Assembly: GCA_023267195.1 (NCBI GenBank)
Contig: JAHFNT010000005.1
Span: 80,875 to 127,152, forward strand
Origin: Candidatus Nomurabacteria bacterium
Lineage (GTDB): Bacteria; Patescibacteriota; Minisyncoccia; Phycocordibacterales; UBA9973
Reading direction: 5' to 3'
Length of the DNA stretch: 46,278 nucleotides
Within the stretch, counting starts at the first letter, position 1; every line of letters starts with the position of its first letter. The notes under the pieces are model-generated. The model searched no databases, was not told the origin of the DNA, and saw only the letters and a list, made by a program, of their open reading frames with translations. Positions 44,048-46,278 of this stretch are shown here, in pieces. Position numbers and translations under genes: made by a program.

Positions 44048-44764
44048 ATGAGCATACTGAAGCATTTAGATAAAAACAATTTGCATCATGCTTATCTAAT
44101 AGAAGGTAAACGCGAACAAGTTGTCTCTGAACTAGTGGAATTTTTGAAGGAGTCCGGCATAAATACTGTCGGCAGTTCAGATTTTATAAATATAAATGTT
44201 GATTGTTTTAAAATAGACGATGCTAGAAATTTAAAATCTTACGGAGCCCAGAAAAGTTTTTCCACGGAGAAAAAGATATTCATTATCTCAATTAACAGTT
44301 TTCTGCTTGAAGCGCAGAATAGCCTGCTAAAAATGTTTGAAGAACCCATAGAAAATACACATTTCTTTTTGATACTTCCAGACGCGAGCTCTCTTTTGAA
44401 GACTTTTATTTCTAGATTTTATTTTATTTCAACCAAGCAAGATCAGTCAGACGAGAGAGCTCAAGCTCTAAAATTTATTGCTATGCCTATTAAAAATAGA
44501 ATAGATTTTATAAAAGAATTATTGGCAGAATCTGAAGAAGAAGATTCTGAAGGAAATGAAATTGTTGCTCTAGATTCTACCAGAGCAAAGGCATTAAAAT
44601 TTTTAAATGCGCTTGAATTGACTTTACATAATAAAATTTCAAAAGGCATTTCTGATTTTAGTTATTTTGATCATATATTTAAAGTTCGAGAATTTCTGCG
44701 CATGCCTGGTTCATCTGCGAAAAGTTTAATGGAGTCTGTAGCTTTAATAGTGCCTAGTTTTTAA
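44048..44764 (+). CDS. holB: DNA polymerase III delta-prime-like clamp-loader subunit (short)
   Basis: LHHAYLIEG at the Walker-A-equivalent position, and LLKMFEEP (sensor-1 region) typical of delta/delta-prime. Confidence 0.6.
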   Translation: MSILKHLDKNNLHHAYLIEGKREQVVSELVEFLKESGINTVGSSDFININVDCFKIDDARNLKSYGAQKSFSTEKKIFIISINSFLLEAQNSLLKMFEEPIENTHFFLILPDASSLLKTFISRFYFISTKQDQSDERAQALKFIAMPIKNRIDFIKELLAESEEEDSEGNEIVALDSTRAKALKFLNALELTLHNKISKGISDFSYFDHIFKVREFLRMPGSSAKSLMESVALIVPSF

Positions 44765-44778
44765 TTTTTTTTACAAAA

Positions 44779-44787
44779 TGATATACT
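44779..44787 (+). promoter_or_regulatory. Extended -10 box TGATATACT ending 6 nt before the frr ATG at 44794
   Basis: Read directly from the sequence. No Shine-Dalgarno. Confidence 0.45.
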
Positions 44788-44793
44788 AAGTGC

Positions 44794-45345
44794 ATGCAAT
44801 ATAACTTTTCAAATTTCAAAGCAGAGCTTAAAAAAGTAGAAGAATTTTTAGGCAAGGAATATAACCAGTTAAATATCGGTCGAGCTTCGCCAATGGTACT
44901 CGATGGTGTCTCAGTGGAATCCTATGGCTCGTTTGTTCCGTTGAAAAATGTGGCTTCAGTGTCTATTGAAGATCCGAAAACTTTGCGTATTGCTCCTTGG
45001 GATAAAACACAAATAAAGGGAATTGAAAAAGCGATTGCGGGGGCAAATTTGGGGCTATCTGTGGCAACCGACGATCAAGGTATTAGAGTTGTTTTTCCTC
45101 AACTCACTACAGAGACACGGCAGACTTTAGTGAAAGTTTTAAGAGAAAAATTAGAGGAAAGCAGAATTACCGTCCGTCGGGAACGCGAAACAGTACTCAA
45201 TGATATTGAGGGAAAAAAGAAGGAAGGTAAGCTGACAGAAGATGAAATGTTCCGCGCCAAAGAAGAATTACAAAAAATTATTAATGAGACTAATTCAAAC
45301 CTAGAAGCGACTTTTGAAAAGAAAGAAAAGGAAGTAATGGGTTAA
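44794..45345 (+). CDS. frr: Ribosome recycling factor
   Basis: 183 aa. The IRVVFPQLTTETRQTLVK and ITVRRERE motifs are typical of RRF. Confidence 0.95.
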   Translation: MQYNFSNFKAELKKVEEFLGKEYNQLNIGRASPMVLDGVSVESYGSFVPLKNVASVSIEDPKTLRIAPWDKTQIKGIEKAIAGANLGLSVATDDQGIRVVFPQLTTETRQTLVKVLREKLEESRITVRRERETVLNDIEGKKKEGKLTEDEMFRAKEELQKIINETNSNLEATFEKKEKEVMG

Positions 45346-45351
45346 CACACA

Positions 45352-46278
45352 ATGAGCATCGTTATTTTTATCGTTATTTTATTAGTTTTGGTTTTAGTCC
45401 ACGAAGCTGGGCATTTTTTTGCTGCGAAAAAGTTCGGGATCAGAGTGGATGAATTTGGCTTTGGTTTTCCGCCCAAATTATTTGGTTTTAAAAAAGGGGA
45501 GACAGAATATACTTTCAACTTGCTTCCGCTCGGCGGCTTTGTCAAAATTTTCGGTGAGAATTTTGAAGAAGCGGATTTTGTAGAGGTTGGATTTTTGGAT
45601 AAAGATAAAGATTCTAAAAAAAATGATTTTTCTAGAAGTTTTGTGGCCAAACCAAAATGGCAGCAGGCCATAGTGCTTTTTGCTGGAGTTTTTATGAATT
45701 TTGTTTTGGCGTGGGTTTTATTTTCAATTGGGTTTATGTCTGGATTGCCGACCTCTGTTGGCAATGAACCAGCTGGCTATAAATTGCAAGATGTAAATTT
45801 AGTGGTGCTTTCTGTCTTAGAAAATTCACCTGCAGCTAGTGCTGGGCTCAAAACAGGCGATAAGGTAGTCTCTGTGACTCATGGTCATCCCAAGGAAGTA
45901 GTTCATACAATTACAGACATAAATCCAGAAACCCTGAAAGCTTTTGTTTTAGAGCACGGGGATGAAGAAATAGAGATTGGATATATTAGAGGAAAAAGCA
46001 ATGAAATAAATATTGCTAAAATAACCCCCAAGGAAACTAATGGCGATCCCGCTATAGGAATTTCTATGGATATGATCGGAACAGCTAAATTGTCGTTTTT
46101 TAAGGCTATTTCGGAAGGATTTAAGTTAACCCTGTTTATGACCAAAAACACAGCCATAGGGCTTTATACGCTTATTTCAGAGGGTATAACGGGCAAAGGT
46201 GACCTTTCCGAGGTTACTGGACCTGTAGGAATAGCGAATATAGTTGGAGATGCTTATAAATTTGGCTTCACTTATCTT
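45352..46278 (+). CDS. rseP: Site-2 protease RseP/M50 zinc metalloprotease, N-terminal 309 codons (continues right of the window)
   Basis: Not in the ORF track because there is no stop in the window. Hand translation from the ATG at 45352 gives MSIVIFIVILLVLVLVHEAGHFFAAKKFGIRVDEFGFGFPPKL... with HExxH and a PDZ-like LENSPAASAGLKTGDKVVSV. The listed antisense ORF 45342-45764 is therefore spurious. Confidence 0.85.
   Translation, partial: MSIVIFIVILLVLVLVHEAGHFFAAKKFGIRVDEFGFGFPPKLFGFKKGETEYTFNLLPLGGFVKIFGENFEEADFVEVGFLDKDKDSKKNDFSRSFVAKPKWQQAIVLFAGVFMNFVLAWVLFSIGFMSGLPTSVGNEPAGYKLQDVNLVVLSVLENSPAASAGLKTGDKVVSVTHGHPKEVVHTITDINPETLKAFVLEHGDEEIEIGYIRGKSNEINIAKITPKETNGDPAIGISMDMIGTAKLSFFKAISEGFKLTLFMTKNTAIGLYTLISEGITGKGDLSEVTGPVGIANIVGDAYKFGFTYL

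Overview
This is a 46.3-kb stretch of a compact, A+T-rich bacterial chromosome. Tiny intergenic gaps, short housekeeping proteins, a class I aldolase and a minimal dcw block (mraZ-rsmH-ftsL-like-ftsI-murF) fit a reduced-genome lineage such as Patescibacteria/CPR. That placement is inference only. I can support about 60 CDS and 5 tRNAs (Val-GAC, Glu-UUC, Ser-CGA, Glu-CUC, Ile-GAU). Supported gene sets include a complete F1Fo ATP synthase operon (atpZ-like, B, E, F, H, A, G, D, C), ftsA-ftsZ, ybeY-rpsU, greA-lysS, msrB-msrA, obg-gatB-fba, rpmE-prfA, priA, mreB, frr and a partial rseP. The standard code applies, since TGA is used as a stop. I saw no rRNA, CRISPR array, transposase, integrase or recognisable defence gene. 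Six things stand out. (1) Three visibly G+C-rich inserts sit between conserved housekeeping genes (8752-9086, 11173-12123, 18361-18922). Each has its own promoter-like boxes, canonical Shine-Dalgarno-led small orphan ORFs and a 12-13 bp GC hairpin. The first is so densely structured that it may be an unclassified ~300-nt RNA rather than, or as well as, a 64-codon gene. (2) Native genes mostly lack Shine-Dalgarno sequences. At least a dozen have an extended -10 box (TGnTAnnnT) ending 6-7 nt before the start codon, which implies leaderless mRNAs. (3) tRNA-Ile ends 2 nt before the first ATP synthase gene. (4) A four-hairpin GC-rich element lies between atpE and atpF. (5) A 20-nt duplicate of the tRNA-Ser 3' end lies 100 bp downstream of the tRNA and looks like an att scar. 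(6) The PriA homologue has both helicase ATPase motifs replaced. All functional calls rest on motif recognition by eye. No database search was possible.
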